DNA of 64,000 nt, from positions 32,001 to 96,000 of the forward strand of contig JAPDJW010000001.1 of the NCBI GenBank assembly GCA_029258885.1. The letters are read 5' to 3'. This DNA comes from Thermoproteota archaeon (GTDB lineage: Archaea > Thermoproteota > Thermoprotei > Thermofilales > B9-G17). The notes below the pieces were generated by a model. It was not told the origin of the DNA and made no database searches. It worked only from the letters and a program-made list of their open reading frames with translations. The position numbers and the translations under genes were made by a program. Positions 43,437 to 53,441 of this stretch are shown piece by piece (positions within the stretch are counted from its first letter, which is position 1; each line of letters begins with the position of its first letter).

Positions 43437-43808
43437 ATGTTATACAAGAAGAAGCATGATAAGGTGCCCTATAGGAGTTATAATGATCTCAAACGATTGG
43501 TACTTTATGCGTTAATGAAATTGGTGAAAAAGGCTAAAGGAAGTTGTGTAACCTTTACTAGCAAGAAAATAGCCATTACGGCAGGTTTACCCGTCCAACC
43601 TATTCTTCTAACGGTTATTAGAGATATACTGGATGGACTATGTGATAATAAGCTAATTTTAAGGTATAGTAAAAGCAGTCACGGAATAAAATATATGATC
43701 GTTAGTACAAGTCCTCTCTGGAAATACCTTAAGAGTCTAAGCGATTTCCAGGAGGTAGAAGTATATAAAATCGAGAAAATAGGTGAAGTAGCTATTTCAA
43801 CAAAATAA
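43437..43808 (+). CDS. Basic protein, possibly winged-helix DNA-binding
   Basis: Lys-rich; helix-strand-helix-helix-hairpin pattern by eye. Confidence 0.55.
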   Translation: MLYKKKHDKVPYRSYNDLKRLVLYALMKLVKKAKGSCVTFTSKKIAITAGLPVQPILLTVIRDILDGLCDNKLILRYSKSSHGIKYMIVSTSPLWKYLKSLSDFQEVEVYKIEKIGEVAISTK

Positions 43809-43881
43809 CATTTTCTATCCTAGGTAATAAAACTAATATTGCCTTTTTCCTATAGATAGAAGGCTCACATTAGGTGGTATA

Positions 43882-44250
43882 ATGGAATTTAAAGGTATCT
43901 TGGAGAGGATAGAGCCTAGATCTCCGGAAAGAGTTACTGCGTTAATTATTAGATCTATAGATAAGCGAATTGAAATGGAGCTGGAGGTACCTAATGCTGT
44001 CTTAAACCTTTTAGATAAAGCTAAGCTTAAAGAGGGCGCAAAGGTTAGCGTAAACATTTCTAAGAAGGGATTAAAGGCTGATGAATGGGAGTTATTAATG
44101 AATGGTAACTTATACCTGGCAAAGGAAAGCGAGGGTGTACGTGTATACTTCGTATCTTTAGGTGGATTAAGATGCCGAATAAGATCTGCTAGAAAGCTTA
44201 GATGGAAGCTCATGGATAAGCTCTATGTAGGTCTAAACTTTATAAAATAA
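43882..44250 (+). CDS. rpo8: RNA polymerase subunit Rpo8 (RpoG)
   Basis: LMNGNLY and VSLGGL resemble the Rpb8 YVMYGKVY and SFGGLL motifs. Confidence 0.8.
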   Translation: MEFKGILERIEPRSPERVTALIIRSIDKRIEMELEVPNAVLNLLDKAKLKEGAKVSVNISKKGLKADEWELLMNGNLYLAKESEGVRVYFVSLGGLRCRIRSARKLRWKLMDKLYVGLNFIK

Positions 44251-44414
44251 CTAGCAACATCTATCGCCTAGGAGTAAAATTATTTTTCGCTATTTCATGG
44301 TCTAAATAAATTTTCTAGTGAGTTTATATGCTTGGTGGCAATACCCATATTAAAGTGATGAACATAATGTAAAATAAAATTATGCTTATGAAATAATATC
44401 GAGCGTGAAGTTTC

Positions 44415-44708
44415 ATGGTGTCGATGAGTGATGTGCAAAGGATTAGAGATTGGGCCTTGGCAAATAACTTTAGAGTAGTTTTCTCCTTCGAAAAATACCC
44501 ATACGTGTTAGTCATAGATCGTGTAATACATGCCAGAGATAATAACGATGTTGTAGTAGATTGGTCCAAAGCATTTGGATCAAAACTTCCACATCAAGTC
44601 CTCTCCAGTCTAAAACTCAGAAGAATAGTCATCTTAAGAAAAAACATAGAAATTATGTTCTTCAATAGCCTAACTAAATTCATGTCACATGTCAGGGAGC
44701 AGAAGTAA
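44415..44708 (+). CDS. Hypothetical protein
   Basis: 97-aa ORF co-oriented with rpo8, plausible composition; family not recognised. Confidence 0.6.
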   Translation: MVSMSDVQRIRDWALANNFRVVFSFEKYPYVLVIDRVIHARDNNDVVVDWSKAFGSKLPHQVLSSLKLRRIVILRKNIEIMFFNSLTKFMSHVREQK

Positions 44709-44712
44709 AACG

Positions 44713-44786
44713 TGGGCCCGGTGGGATTCGAACCCACGACCCCCGGGTTATGAGCCCGGTGCTCTACCTGGCTAAGCTACGGGCCA
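44713..44786 (-). tRNA. tRNA(CAT), probably Ile2, with a U1-C72 mismatch
   Basis: CCGGG-CTCATAA-CCCGG arm; acceptor stem resembles tRNA-Ile(GAT) rather than initiator tRNA; 5' strand reads TGGCCCG against CGGGCCC. Confidence 0.9.
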
Positions 44787-44875
44787 ATAATATAAAGTTG
44801 ATAATATAATTTAAGTTTTTCTCCATAGCTAATGTATGTCGAGACATTAATTAATATATAAGCTCCACAGAAGTA

Positions 44876-46483
44876 TTGACGAGGAACTTAGCTATGAGCT
44901 TCGAAATAATAGATAAGGATCTATTAGGTAGAATAGGCAGACTATACACTAGCCATGGCGTTATAGAGACTCCTGCAATAGCGCCAGTTATAAATCCGGC
45001 TAAGATGACGATTAGCCCAGATACCATCGTGAGGATGGGCTTTAAGCTGATTATGACAAACGCATACATAATTTGGAAGAGATTTGGGCTGCTTGGAGTA
45101 GAGATGGGCGTGCATGGACTTCTAGGAGTGAAAACGCCGATAATGACGGATTCCGGTGCTTATCAATTGATGGAATACGGTGAAGTGGATATTGACCCGG
45201 ATAGTATATTAGAATATCAGGAGGATATAGGCAGCGATATAGCCGTAATTTTGGATATTCCTACGCGATATAATACCCCCAGGGATGTTGTTGTAGAGGA
45301 GGTTAGGGAGACTATTGATCGGGCTATAAATGCCATAAAAAAGAGGAGAAGAAACGATATCTTACTAGTTGCTCCTATCCAAGGGGGTATATACTATGAT
45401 GTAGTTGAAGAGTGTGCAAGAGAGCTTGCAAAATATGACTTCGATGTGTATGCTATAGGGGGGCCGACTCAAATAATGGCCATGTACAAGTATAATGAGC
45501 TTGTCGATTTAATTATGCATGCGAAGATGAACATTCCTCCAAATAAGCCTGTACATCTCTTTGGAGCTGGAAATCCTATAATGTTACCTCTTGCTGTTGC
45601 TCTAGGAGTAGATCTCTTCGATTCAGCAGCCTATGCCTTATACGCAAGGGATCTAAGATACATGACTAGTACAGCCATTATCAGGTTTGAGAGGCTAAGC
45701 TATTTGCCATGTAATTGCCCCGTGTGTAGCAAGTACAGCCTAGATGACTTAAAAAGCATGCCTAGGCGGGAGCTTGAGCAAAAAATAGCATTACATAATC
45801 TATACGTAATTAAAAGGGAAATAGATGTCATAAGGAACAGAATAAGGGAGGGTAGTTTATGGGAATATATTGAGCTTAAGGCTAGGTGTCATCCAAGACT
45901 TATGGACGCTCTAGCTGAAATAGGAAAATACAAAGATTACATAGAAAAGTTTGATCCTGTAACCAAGCCGAATGCTAGAGGAATTTTCATATATGATATA
46001 CTATCGTATAACAGACCCGAGATCGTAAGGTTCCGAAAAAGGCTTATGTCTAACTTAAAGTTAGATGAAAATATAACCTTGCTGCTACTACCGGAAACTT
46101 TTGAAAAGCCATTTCATAGATCGAAATATATAGTAGAGATCATTAACATGGTAAGGAACTGTTTGAATAATGAGAAAATTAAGGTTATGATTTACTGTAA
46201 AGGTTTTGGTTTAATACCGCTAGAAATAGATGAACTCTATCCCTTATCACAGTATGAGGCTACCCTGAATATTTCGCTTGACGAAGTAAGCAATATCACT
46301 AATTTTATTATAGAGTATGTTGTAAAACATAAGAAGTCTATTAAAACCCTAGCTATAGTAGTTGATGAGAATAGGTGGCCGAAGATTTTTTACGAGCGCC
46401 TCAGTGAGAAGCTTAAAAACTCGGTTAAAATACTCTTCTACAGGCTGTCGAATTCGGAAGGCTTTATCGAAAATATTGAATGA
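44876..46483 (+). CDS. tgtA: Archaeal tRNA-guanine(15) transglycosylase (start probably MSFE at 44894)
   Basis: ETPAIAPV, MTDSGAYQL, HLFGAG, GVDLFDSAAY, CNCPVC...HN zinc site. Confidence 0.93.
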   Translation: MTRNLAMSFEIIDKDLLGRIGRLYTSHGVIETPAIAPVINPAKMTISPDTIVRMGFKLIMTNAYIIWKRFGLLGVEMGVHGLLGVKTPIMTDSGAYQLMEYGEVDIDPDSILEYQEDIGSDIAVILDIPTRYNTPRDVVVEEVRETIDRAINAIKKRRRNDILLVAPIQGGIYYDVVEECARELAKYDFDVYAIGGPTQIMAMYKYNELVDLIMHAKMNIPPNKPVHLFGAGNPIMLPLAVALGVDLFDSAAYALYARDLRYMTSTAIIRFERLSYLPCNCPVCSKYSLDDLKSMPRRELEQKIALHNLYVIKREIDVIRNRIREGSLWEYIELKARCHPRLMDALAEIGKYKDYIEKFDPVTKPNARGIFIYDILSYNRPEIVRFRKRLMSNLKLDENITLLLLPETFEKPFHRSKYIVEIINMVRNCLNNEKIKVMIYCKGFGLIPLEIDELYPLSQYEATLNISLDEVSNITNFIIEYVVKHKKSIKTLAIVVDENRWPKIFYERLSEKLKNSVKILFYRLSNSEGFIENIE

Positions 46484-46589
46484 AAAGCTATCACTCTATA
46501 ACTTCAAGATAACTTTTAAATAATTGAGTTTACGATGCATATTCTAATTAGAGAAAGCTTATATTAAGGAACTATTATACATTTTGATG

Positions 46590-46663
46590 GGGCCCGTAGC
46601 TTAGCCAGGTAGAGCACTGGGCTCTTAACCCAGGGGTCGCGGGTTCGAATCCCGCCGGGCCCG
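46590..46663 (+). tRNA. tRNA-Lys(CTT)
   Basis: GGGCCCG/CGGGCCC acceptor, CTGGG-CTCTTAA-CCCAG arm, GTTCGAATC. Confidence 0.97.
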
Positions 46664-46794
46664 CATATTTTTCATATATGTGAAAAGCAATATCTAAAGT
46701 ATTAAAAAAGTTTAGCTATCTGGAAATAATAACTTAGTAAAGTTTATAAAGCATGGTTTTAAGGAGTAGCTCCTCAAGTTTTGAAGAGTGTTAA

Positions 46795-47244
46795 TTATTG
46801 ATTCGCTTGTGTTAAACTTTGCTCTTTACGAAATTCTTCAAACAACTTTTTTATTCTCTCTGCCATAGGTCCTGTTCCCTCGACCCCCTCATCCGTAATC
46901 CTAATCCTATCCATAACCATTATGGCCCTTGCTTCGGGGTAGTATTTAACCATCCGTGGAAATACTTTTTCTAATCTTTTAGCAAAGCCTTCAAGGTCTA
47001 ATGGAGGAACTTTAGTATAGATTTCAGAAATCACGTGTTTCATTATAAAGACTCTGGCGTATTTTTCCCCCTTATCATCCTCGGCCTCTTTCAGAACTAC
47101 ATCCTGATTAGTATCGTAACCTAGTAGTGTGCCAGTAAATGTTCGTCCGTTAATAGTCCTAACTGATATTACCTTATTCAGAAGAGAGGCCATCTCACTA
47201 TTATACCTCTTCGAGGGTGTTAAAATCATGCTCACGTTACTCAC
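46795..47244 (-). CDS. Sm-like protein SmAP3 (Lsm domain plus C-terminal domain)
   Basis: GRTFTGTLLGYD Sm1 motif, RVFI Sm2, then FAKRLEKVFP and VMDRIRI. Confidence 0.85.
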   Translation of the reverse strand: MSNVSMILTPSKRYNSEMASLLNKVISVRTINGRTFTGTLLGYDTNQDVVLKEAEDDKGEKYARVFIMKHVISEIYTKVPPLDLEGFAKRLEKVFPRMVKYYPEARAIMVMDRIRITDEGVEGTGPMAERIKKLFEEFRKEQSLTQANQ

Positions 47245-47361
47245 CTTTGCTTATATACTCCCAATACTATATTAAACGTTTCTGAATTATCTGCAAAAGC
47301 TACAAGTAAACGTTAACGTTAAAACTCAGAATTAAAAATAAGACTTAAAGAGGAGAGATGC

Positions 47362-47577
47362 ATGAGTCCAAGCGAGAAAGTGTGCTCAATTAAAGGATGC
47401 AGTAATCCATCGGTCAAAACAATCTCTCTCGAAATGTATAGGAAATCAGGGTTAAATCTAGAATTAAAGGATGATATTAGAAGGAAAGTCCATTTATGTA
47501 GGGAACACTATAAGGAATATAAGAGATTTATTAAAAAGTATCTAAGGCTGGAGAGATGGAGACTATGGAGAACATAG
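47362..47577 (+). CDS. Small putative zinc-finger protein
   Basis: CSIKGC...HLCREHY; overlaps the polB start region. Confidence 0.7.
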   Translation: MSPSEKVCSIKGCSNPSVKTISLEMYRKSGLNLELKDDIRRKVHLCREHYKEYKRFIKKYLRLERWRLWRT

Positions 47578-50072
47578 GAGAGAAGTTTAAGGAGGTTTTT
47601 CTTCTTCTGTCAGTAGCATATGATGGTAATGCAGGTAAGGCTTATTTAAAATTATACGATGTAGCTAATAATACCATTAGGGTATGGTATGACAGTTCTG
47701 GACATAAGCCCTATCTTCTCACAAACCTCTATCCGGAAGAGATAGCTGATAGATATCCTCAAGTCATCTCTCATCCGGGCTTTGACCACATGGAGGTTGT
47801 TAAAAAGATGGATGTACTTCGAGATAGGGAGATATTCTTGACAAAAATAGTTGCCCGTGATCCTCTCTCAATAGGAGGATCTAGGAAATCTATAAGAGAG
47901 ATCCTGCCTAGGACCTGGGAGGCTAGGATTAAGTATCATTTATGCTATATATATGATACTCAGTTGCTACCGGGAATGTTTTATGTGATTAGGAATGGTA
48001 TGCTCGAAAGGGTAAGGATTAGTATACCATTGGATGTTAAGAGGAAGGTAGAGGGCATATACTCAGAAAAAGAAACAGTAAAGAAGGCTTATGATTGGCT
48101 GGAGCTCTTTCAAGCTCCAATTCCCTTCATAAGAAGGATAGCTCTTGATATAGAGGTATATTCTCCTGTACCGGACAGGATACCTAACCCTAAGGAGGCT
48201 AATTATTCCATAATAGCTGTAGCCTTTGCTGCAAACGATGGCTTTAACGAGGTGGTCATTTTAAAAAGAAAACATGAAAAAGAGGATTATATTGCATCGT
48301 CATCCTATAATGTGAGATTCTTTGAGGACGAAAGAGAAATGTTGCGTTATGTTTTTAAGGTAATTGAAAGCTATCCTGTAGTTCTAACATTTAATGGCGA
48401 CAATTTTGACATGCGTTATCTGTTGCATAGGGCTAAGTTACTGGGCATAAAGGACGAGGAGATACCTCTTCATGGGGGAAGGGACGAGGTAAACTTAAAG
48501 AGAGGTGTTCACATCGATCTTTATCGTTTCTTTAATAACCATGCAATGCAGGTATATGCCTTTAGCAACAAATATCAGGAGACGAAAACACTGGACACAA
48601 TATCCCAAGCATTAATAAATGAAGGAAAAGTGCATATAGATAAACCGATATCAGAGCTTTCATACCAGGAGCTAGCGAACTACTGTTACCAGGATGCCTA
48701 TTTGACACTTAAATTAACCACCTATAATAACGACTTGGTGATGAAGCTGATTATTCTGCTAATGCGTATCTCGAAGCTTCCCATGGAAGATATTATACGT
48801 CATAGCATTTCGCACTGGATCAAAAGTCTTATGTATTTTGAACATAGGAAAAGGGGATACTTGATACCTAATCCTGAAGACATAATGAGCATGAAGGGAA
48901 AAACATATACTAAGGCTATAATCAAAGGTAAAAAGTATCTCGGTGCAATAGTTATTGATCCGCTTCCCGGTGTATTCTTCAATGTTATAGTCGTGGATTT
49001 CGCGTCACTTTATCCATCCGTCATAAAAAGGTGGAATTTGTCATATGAAACTATCCTTTGTCCACATGAAGAATGTAAGTCAAACAAGCTTTTCGGACTT
49101 CCCTACTGGGTGTGTAAAAAGAAGAGGGGTCTAATAGCCGAAATTGTAGGCTTTCTAAGGGACTTCAGGGTCTTCATATATAAACCATTAGCTAAAGATC
49201 CGAACATAAATGAAACCTTGAGGAAGCAATATGACGTAGTTCAGCGTGCGCTCAAGGTTTTCATAAATGCAAGCTACGGCGTCTTTGGAGCTGAAACCTT
49301 TCCCTTATATTGTCCCCCCGTTGCTGAAAGCACAACTGCGTTGGGCAGGTATGCAATCTATTCCGCGATAAAGAAGAGCGAGGAGGAGGGACTTGTTGCA
49401 CTTTATGGCGATACCGATAGCCTCTTCATATGGAATCCCAAAAAAGAAGACCTAAGTAAGGTTATAGAGTGGGCAAGGACAAATTTAGGAATCGATCTAG
49501 ACATTGATAAAAGATATAGATACGTGATACTGAGTGGGTTAAAGAAAAACTACCTTGGAGTAACAGTGGAGGGTAAGCTAGATATCAAGGGGCTTGTAGG
49601 TAAAAAGCGAAACACACCGCTATTTATCAAAGAGTTATTTAGCGATGTTTCCCATAAGCTATCGAAGGTCGAGGATATAGGGGATATAGATAAAGTGCTG
49701 AAAGAAATAATTGAATTAGTAAGGGAGAGCTACTATAAACTTAAAAACAAACATTATTCTCTGGATGAGCTTGCCTTTAGAGTAGCATTAACGAAAAATT
49801 TGTCTGAATATAATAAGACAACACCACAGCATGTTAAAGCGGCTAAGCAGTTAAAGAGATTTGGTAAAGAGATAGTAGTTGGGGATATAATCAGTTTTGT
49901 GAAGACAAGGGGTAAGGAGGGAGTTAAAGCTGTTCAACTAGCAAGAATAGATGAGGTTGATGAAACCAAATATATTGAGTATATTGAGACGACATTCAGA
50001 CAAATACTTGAAGCCTTAGGCGTAAACTTCGATGAACTACTGGGTACTTTTCACATAGATAAGTTTATGTGA
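47556..50072 (+). CDS. polB1: Family B DNA polymerase, crenarchaeal PolB1-type
   Basis: Exo I ALDIEV, Exo II FNGDNFD, DFASLYPS, KVFINASYG, YGDTDS; N-terminus typical of B1; no intein. Confidence 0.93.
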   Translation: METMENIGEKFKEVFLLLSVAYDGNAGKAYLKLYDVANNTIRVWYDSSGHKPYLLTNLYPEEIADRYPQVISHPGFDHMEVVKKMDVLRDREIFLTKIVARDPLSIGGSRKSIREILPRTWEARIKYHLCYIYDTQLLPGMFYVIRNGMLERVRISIPLDVKRKVEGIYSEKETVKKAYDWLELFQAPIPFIRRIALDIEVYSPVPDRIPNPKEANYSIIAVAFAANDGFNEVVILKRKHEKEDYIASSSYNVRFFEDEREMLRYVFKVIESYPVVLTFNGDNFDMRYLLHRAKLLGIKDEEIPLHGGRDEVNLKRGVHIDLYRFFNNHAMQVYAFSNKYQETKTLDTISQALINEGKVHIDKPISELSYQELANYCYQDAYLTLKLTTYNNDLVMKLIILLMRISKLPMEDIIRHSISHWIKSLMYFEHRKRGYLIPNPEDIMSMKGKTYTKAIIKGKKYLGAIVIDPLPGVFFNVIVVDFASLYPSVIKRWNLSYETILCPHEECKSNKLFGLPYWVCKKKRGLIAEIVGFLRDFRVFIYKPLAKDPNINETLRKQYDVVQRALKVFINASYGVFGAETFPLYCPPVAESTTALGRYAIYSAIKKSEEEGLVALYGDTDSLFIWNPKKEDLSKVIEWARTNLGIDLDIDKRYRYVILSGLKKNYLGVTVEGKLDIKGLVGKKRNTPLFIKELFSDVSHKLSKVEDIGDIDKVLKEIIELVRESYYKLKNKHYSLDELAFRVALTKNLSEYNKTTPQHVKAAKQLKRFGKEIVVGDIISFVKTRGKEGVKAVQLARIDEVDETKYIEYIETTFRQILEALGVNFDELLGTFHIDKFM

Positions 50073-50081
50073 AAAATATTT

Positions 50082-50492
50082 CTATTCCTCTATGGGCGAT
50101 GATGCTAGCTTGGCGTATTCGATTGTTTCATCCTTTATCTTTTCATTAATATATGGCGTGACTATAACTACACTTCTTATTTCTATTTTATCTTCTCGCC
50201 ATACATTATCATATGATATTTCATACATTGGAAGACTAATGTAAGCTTTATCTCTGCTTCTTCGAAGGTTGTATTTGCGTAGAATATTAAACATGTCCTT
50301 GGGTAGAGGTAAATCAAGTTCAAATGTTTGTTCTTCTTTTGTAACAATGAAATCGGAAGCTGATGGATCCCATAGATTTAGTAGTTCTGATACTAGCGAT
50401 TTAACGGTTAGAGGTAAATTATCGTATTCTATCAACTCTATTTTCTCGATGCTACCTCTCTTACTATGTACTATAAGTAACTTTTCTTTCAT
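50082..50492 (-). CDS. Conserved archaeal protein, DUF2286-like
   Basis: WDPSASDFIV and LPMYEISYDNVW motifs recalled from this family. Confidence 0.65.
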   Translation of the reverse strand: MKEKLLIVHSKRGSIEKIELIEYDNLPLTVKSLVSELLNLWDPSASDFIVTKEEQTFELDLPLPKDMFNILRKYNLRRSRDKAYISLPMYEISYDNVWREDKIEIRSVVIVTPYINEKIKDETIEYAKLASSPIEE

Positions 50493-50803
50493 GTTTTTCC
50501 CTCTCTAATCTTCTCCTCTAAGATATCTTTCGCTTTAATATAATCTATTTTGCCTTTCTTATTCAGAGGAAATCTCGTCATTACATGCTCTATTTTACCA
50601 TCCTCATATTCTATAAATATCTGAGGCAAATCTATTCCACCAATCTCATCACGTTCACCATATTTAATTAGGAAATCCCAGTCTTCGTCAAGTACCTGTA
50701 ATTCTAAGTTATATGCATCACATATTTCTCTACATAATCGGACAGCCTTAGACTTTAAAGGATCATATTCGGCTGTTGCCAAAATAACCCTTCTAACCGC
50801 CAT
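50489..50803 (-). CDS. Thioredoxin/glutaredoxin-fold-like hypothetical protein
   Basis: LPQIFIE cis-Pro-like motif; EDWDFLIKYGERDEIGG. Confidence 0.6.
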   Translation of the reverse strand: MAVRRVILATAEYDPLKSKAVRLCREICDAYNLELQVLDEDWDFLIKYGERDEIGGIDLPQIFIEYEDGKIEHVMTRFPLNKKGKIDYIKAKDILEEKIREGKT

Positions 50804-50913
50804 GATACTTTTATGCTCACTAGAGTAATATATAGCTTTTCATACACGCTAAAAACTATGAAACAGTCTCTATAGGTGGAAACATTTAACTATTTCCTAT
50901 GGACTTATATTAT

Positions 50914-51010
50914 GGGCCCGTGGCCTAGTGGAAAAGGCGGCGAGTTTTCCCGTAAGCCTGCGGATAGTGTAGAAAGCCGCAGAGCGTGGGTTCGAGTCCC
51001 ACCGGGCCCA
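50914..51010 (+). tRNA. tRNA-Arg(GCG) with two introns (29/30 and 37/38)
   Basis: Removing 50943-50955 and 50964-50974 gives GCGGC-CTGCGGA-GCCGC in a 73-nt cloverleaf; both introns form BHB-like motifs. Confidence 0.9.
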
Positions 51011-51119
51011 TTTCATCATTAATGATATGCTTTTGATGAATATGTTCTACAAAGATTTAGCGAACGACATTGGCGAGGAAAAGTTTATTGGCAACGCCGA
51101 ATTTTACATTTTGGTTGCT

Positions 51120-51548
51120 ATGTCGTCGAAGGAGTTCCCCTATAATTATGAGGAATTACTTGAAAGAGCGTATAAGCTTTTGCCGAAGAAGGTTACTGTA
51201 AGAGTTGAGAGGTTTAAAGTACCGAGGCCAGAGGTAGTTATTAGTGGAAAAAGAACTTTCATCCAGAACTTCAAACAAATATGCGATATATTAAATAGGG
51301 ATCCGAAAATAGTATTAAGATATCTGCTTAGAGAGCTCGCGGCGCCAGGCGTACTTGAAGGAAATACAGCCGTAATTATGGGGGAAAAATCCGAGCGTGT
51401 AATCAGATCTATAATCGATAGGTTTGTAAAGGATTACGTAATATGTCCTGTATGTAAACAGCCTGATACTTCACTGGTTAAGGAGAAGAAGATGATGTTC
51501 ATAGTATGCATGGCCTGTGGAGCGAAATCTGCTGTCAGACCTATATAG
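51120..51548 (+). CDS. eif2b: Translation initiation factor 2 beta subunit
   Basis: YEELLERAY, RFKVP, YLLRELAAPG, CPVCKQPDT...CMACGA; ATG 51120 preferred over track start 51027. Confidence 0.95.
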   Translation: MSSKEFPYNYEELLERAYKLLPKKVTVRVERFKVPRPEVVISGKRTFIQNFKQICDILNRDPKIVLRYLLRELAAPGVLEGNTAVIMGEKSERVIRSIIDRFVKDYVICPVCKQPDTSLVKEKKMMFIVCMACGAKSAVRPI

Positions 51549-51619
51549 CCTGGATATATTAAGGGTTTTAATAATTGTCTTTATATATTATGGCCTGGAT
51601 ATAGTATCTTGGTGGTTTA

Positions 51620-52372
51620 ATGGTAGCTAGATTTGTCTTTGGGGATGCTAGAGAGTGGAGGTATATTGTCGATAGCCTAGCAACACTCATAGAGGAAGCT
51701 AATTTCATAATGGACCCTACGGGGTTAAGGCTTAGAGCATTAGATCCTTCGAGAATAGCTATGGTTGATTTTATGCTCCCCTCAACGGCATTTGAGGAGT
51801 ACGAGTGTGATGAAGAGACGCGAATTGGTGTGTCGTTCGACGACCTAAATAAGATCTTAAAGAGAGGGAGGGCAGACGAACGCCTCGTGTTTGAGGTAGC
51901 AGAGGATCGTCTTAGAATCAAGATCATAGGTAAGATTGAGAGAATATTTTCGCTGCCATTACTAGACATAGGTGGTGAGGAGTTAAAGCGGACGCCTAAA
52001 GTATCCTTTACTGCAAGAGCGCGTATGCTCAGCGATACATTATATGATGCCATTAAGGATGCAACATTAGTGAGTGATAGCGTGAAATTTTCAGCCAAGC
52101 CTGAGGAATTTATAATCTATGCTGCTAGTGATAAGGGAGAAATAAACGTACGTTTCACGGAGGAGGGAGGTGCACTAATAGAATATGAAGTTTCTGAACC
52201 CGCTGAGGCCGTCTACAGTCTCGGATACCTCAATGATATCCTGAAAAAAGCGAATAAAGTATCAGATATGGTATTAGTTGAATTTGCAACAAACAATCCA
52301 TTATCGCTAACGTTCGATGTTGTAGGCGAAGGAAAGCTAACATACTTCCTTGCTCCTAGAATGGAAATGTAA
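51620..52372 (+). CDS. pcn: PCNA sliding clamp
   Basis: LRALDPSRIAMVDF, NNPLSLTF, YFLAPRME. Confidence 0.96.
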   Translation: MVARFVFGDAREWRYIVDSLATLIEEANFIMDPTGLRLRALDPSRIAMVDFMLPSTAFEEYECDEETRIGVSFDDLNKILKRGRADERLVFEVAEDRLRIKIIGKIERIFSLPLLDIGGEELKRTPKVSFTARARMLSDTLYDAIKDATLVSDSVKFSAKPEEFIIYAASDKGEINVRFTEEGGALIEYEVSEPAEAVYSLGYLNDILKKANKVSDMVLVEFATNNPLSLTFDVVGEGKLTYFLAPRMEM

Positions 52373-52391
52373 CAAGGAAGATAAATGAAAT

Positions 52392-53441
52392 ATGGAAGAG
52401 ACGGTAATTTTTACTCTAGAGGATAAATTTAAGTATCCCTTTACTGCACAGGCCAGAGACCATATAAGAAAATTAAATTTTTCAATAGATGACCTAGCAT
52501 TACCCATTGGAAGAACAGTGCTTTCACTAGCTAAAAAACGTATTTTAGACGCAATTAGAAGGGAGCCATTTGCTAAGGCAGAGCCTAAGGATATAGACTT
52601 GGAAATAGGTCTTCTATCTTTTCCAACGTCCATTATAATTCTTGCTCAAGTAAGCGATGAAAGATTAGTAAGAGTATTTGCTATTTATGAGTCAAAAAAA
52701 GTTAGAAATTTTCTAGAGGAAGAAAATACCAGAAAGATAGTATATATTGCCAGAAATGGGTTGGGATGGGATATAAGAAGTGGCTCCAGAAAATTTAATT
52801 TAGCGATAAGGTTCCATTATTACCTGACGTATCAACCAGAGTATTTAGGAAGCTGGAAGCTTGTTAATAAGGTACTTCACGATGGCTATGTTCTAATAAC
52901 GAGACATGAGCTAATAAGACTAATTGAGGAGTTTTCTAAAAGATACATAATTAAGGCTTGCAACGAAGCCAGAATAAGCAGACTTCCGGAATCATTATCC
53001 ATTGCAATTGAAGAGATTAGCAGGGAATGGGCTAGTGTTCGAGCAAAATATGAGTTACCAAAAATATTATCTCGAGTAGATGAGAACGAAGTGTATCCCC
53101 CATGTATAATCAATCTGCTAAATCTTGTAAGGAGAGGAGAAAACATACCTCATTCTGGGCGTTTTGCGTTGGCAACTTTCATGTTAAACATAGGCAAAAG
53201 CGTAGATGAAGTTATAGATCTCTTTAGAACAATGCCTGATTTCGACGAAAATAAGACTAGATATCAGGTTGAACATTTAGCTGGACTTCGCGGGTCTAGG
53301 ATAAAGTATAGTACATTTAAATGTTTAAATATGAAGTCTCTCGGTCTCTGTGTAAAGGATTGCAAGGATATAAAACATCCACTTCAGTATTTTTATAGAA
53401 AAATAGGGAGGAAATATGGATCCAAAAAAACTAATGTTTAA
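52392..53441 (+). CDS. priL: DNA primase large subunit
   Basis: KYPFT, YPPCI, HSGRFALATF, TRYQVEHLAG, Fe-S cysteines near the C-terminus. Confidence 0.93.
   Translation: MEETVIFTLEDKFKYPFTAQARDHIRKLNFSIDDLALPIGRTVLSLAKKRILDAIRREPFAKAEPKDIDLEIGLLSFPTSIIILAQVSDERLVRVFAIYESKKVRNFLEEENTRKIVYIARNGLGWDIRSGSRKFNLAIRFHYYLTYQPEYLGSWKLVNKVLHDGYVLITRHELIRLIEEFSKRYIIKACNEARISRLPESLSIAIEEISREWASVRAKYELPKILSRVDENEVYPPCIINLLNLVRRGENIPHSGRFALATFMLNIGKSVDEVIDLFRTMPDFDENKTRYQVEHLAGLRGSRIKYSTFKCLNMKSLGLCVKDCKDIKHPLQYFYRKIGRKYGSKKTNV

Noticed and set aside
44350-44412. GTGATGA...ATGA...GTGA pattern resembling a C/D sRNA
   Set aside because: Very AT-rich, wrong box spacing, and no complement found in the rRNA or tRNA of this window
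43833-44569. Minus-strand ORFs 43833-44213 and 44324-44569
   Set aside because: They overlap rpo8 and the following + strand gene, which have better motif or context support
51011-51119. TGATGA motifs after tRNA-Arg and the N-terminal extension of eIF2 beta in the track
   Set aside because: No D box or guide match; the homologous protein begins at MSSKEF, so this is probably promoter/UTR
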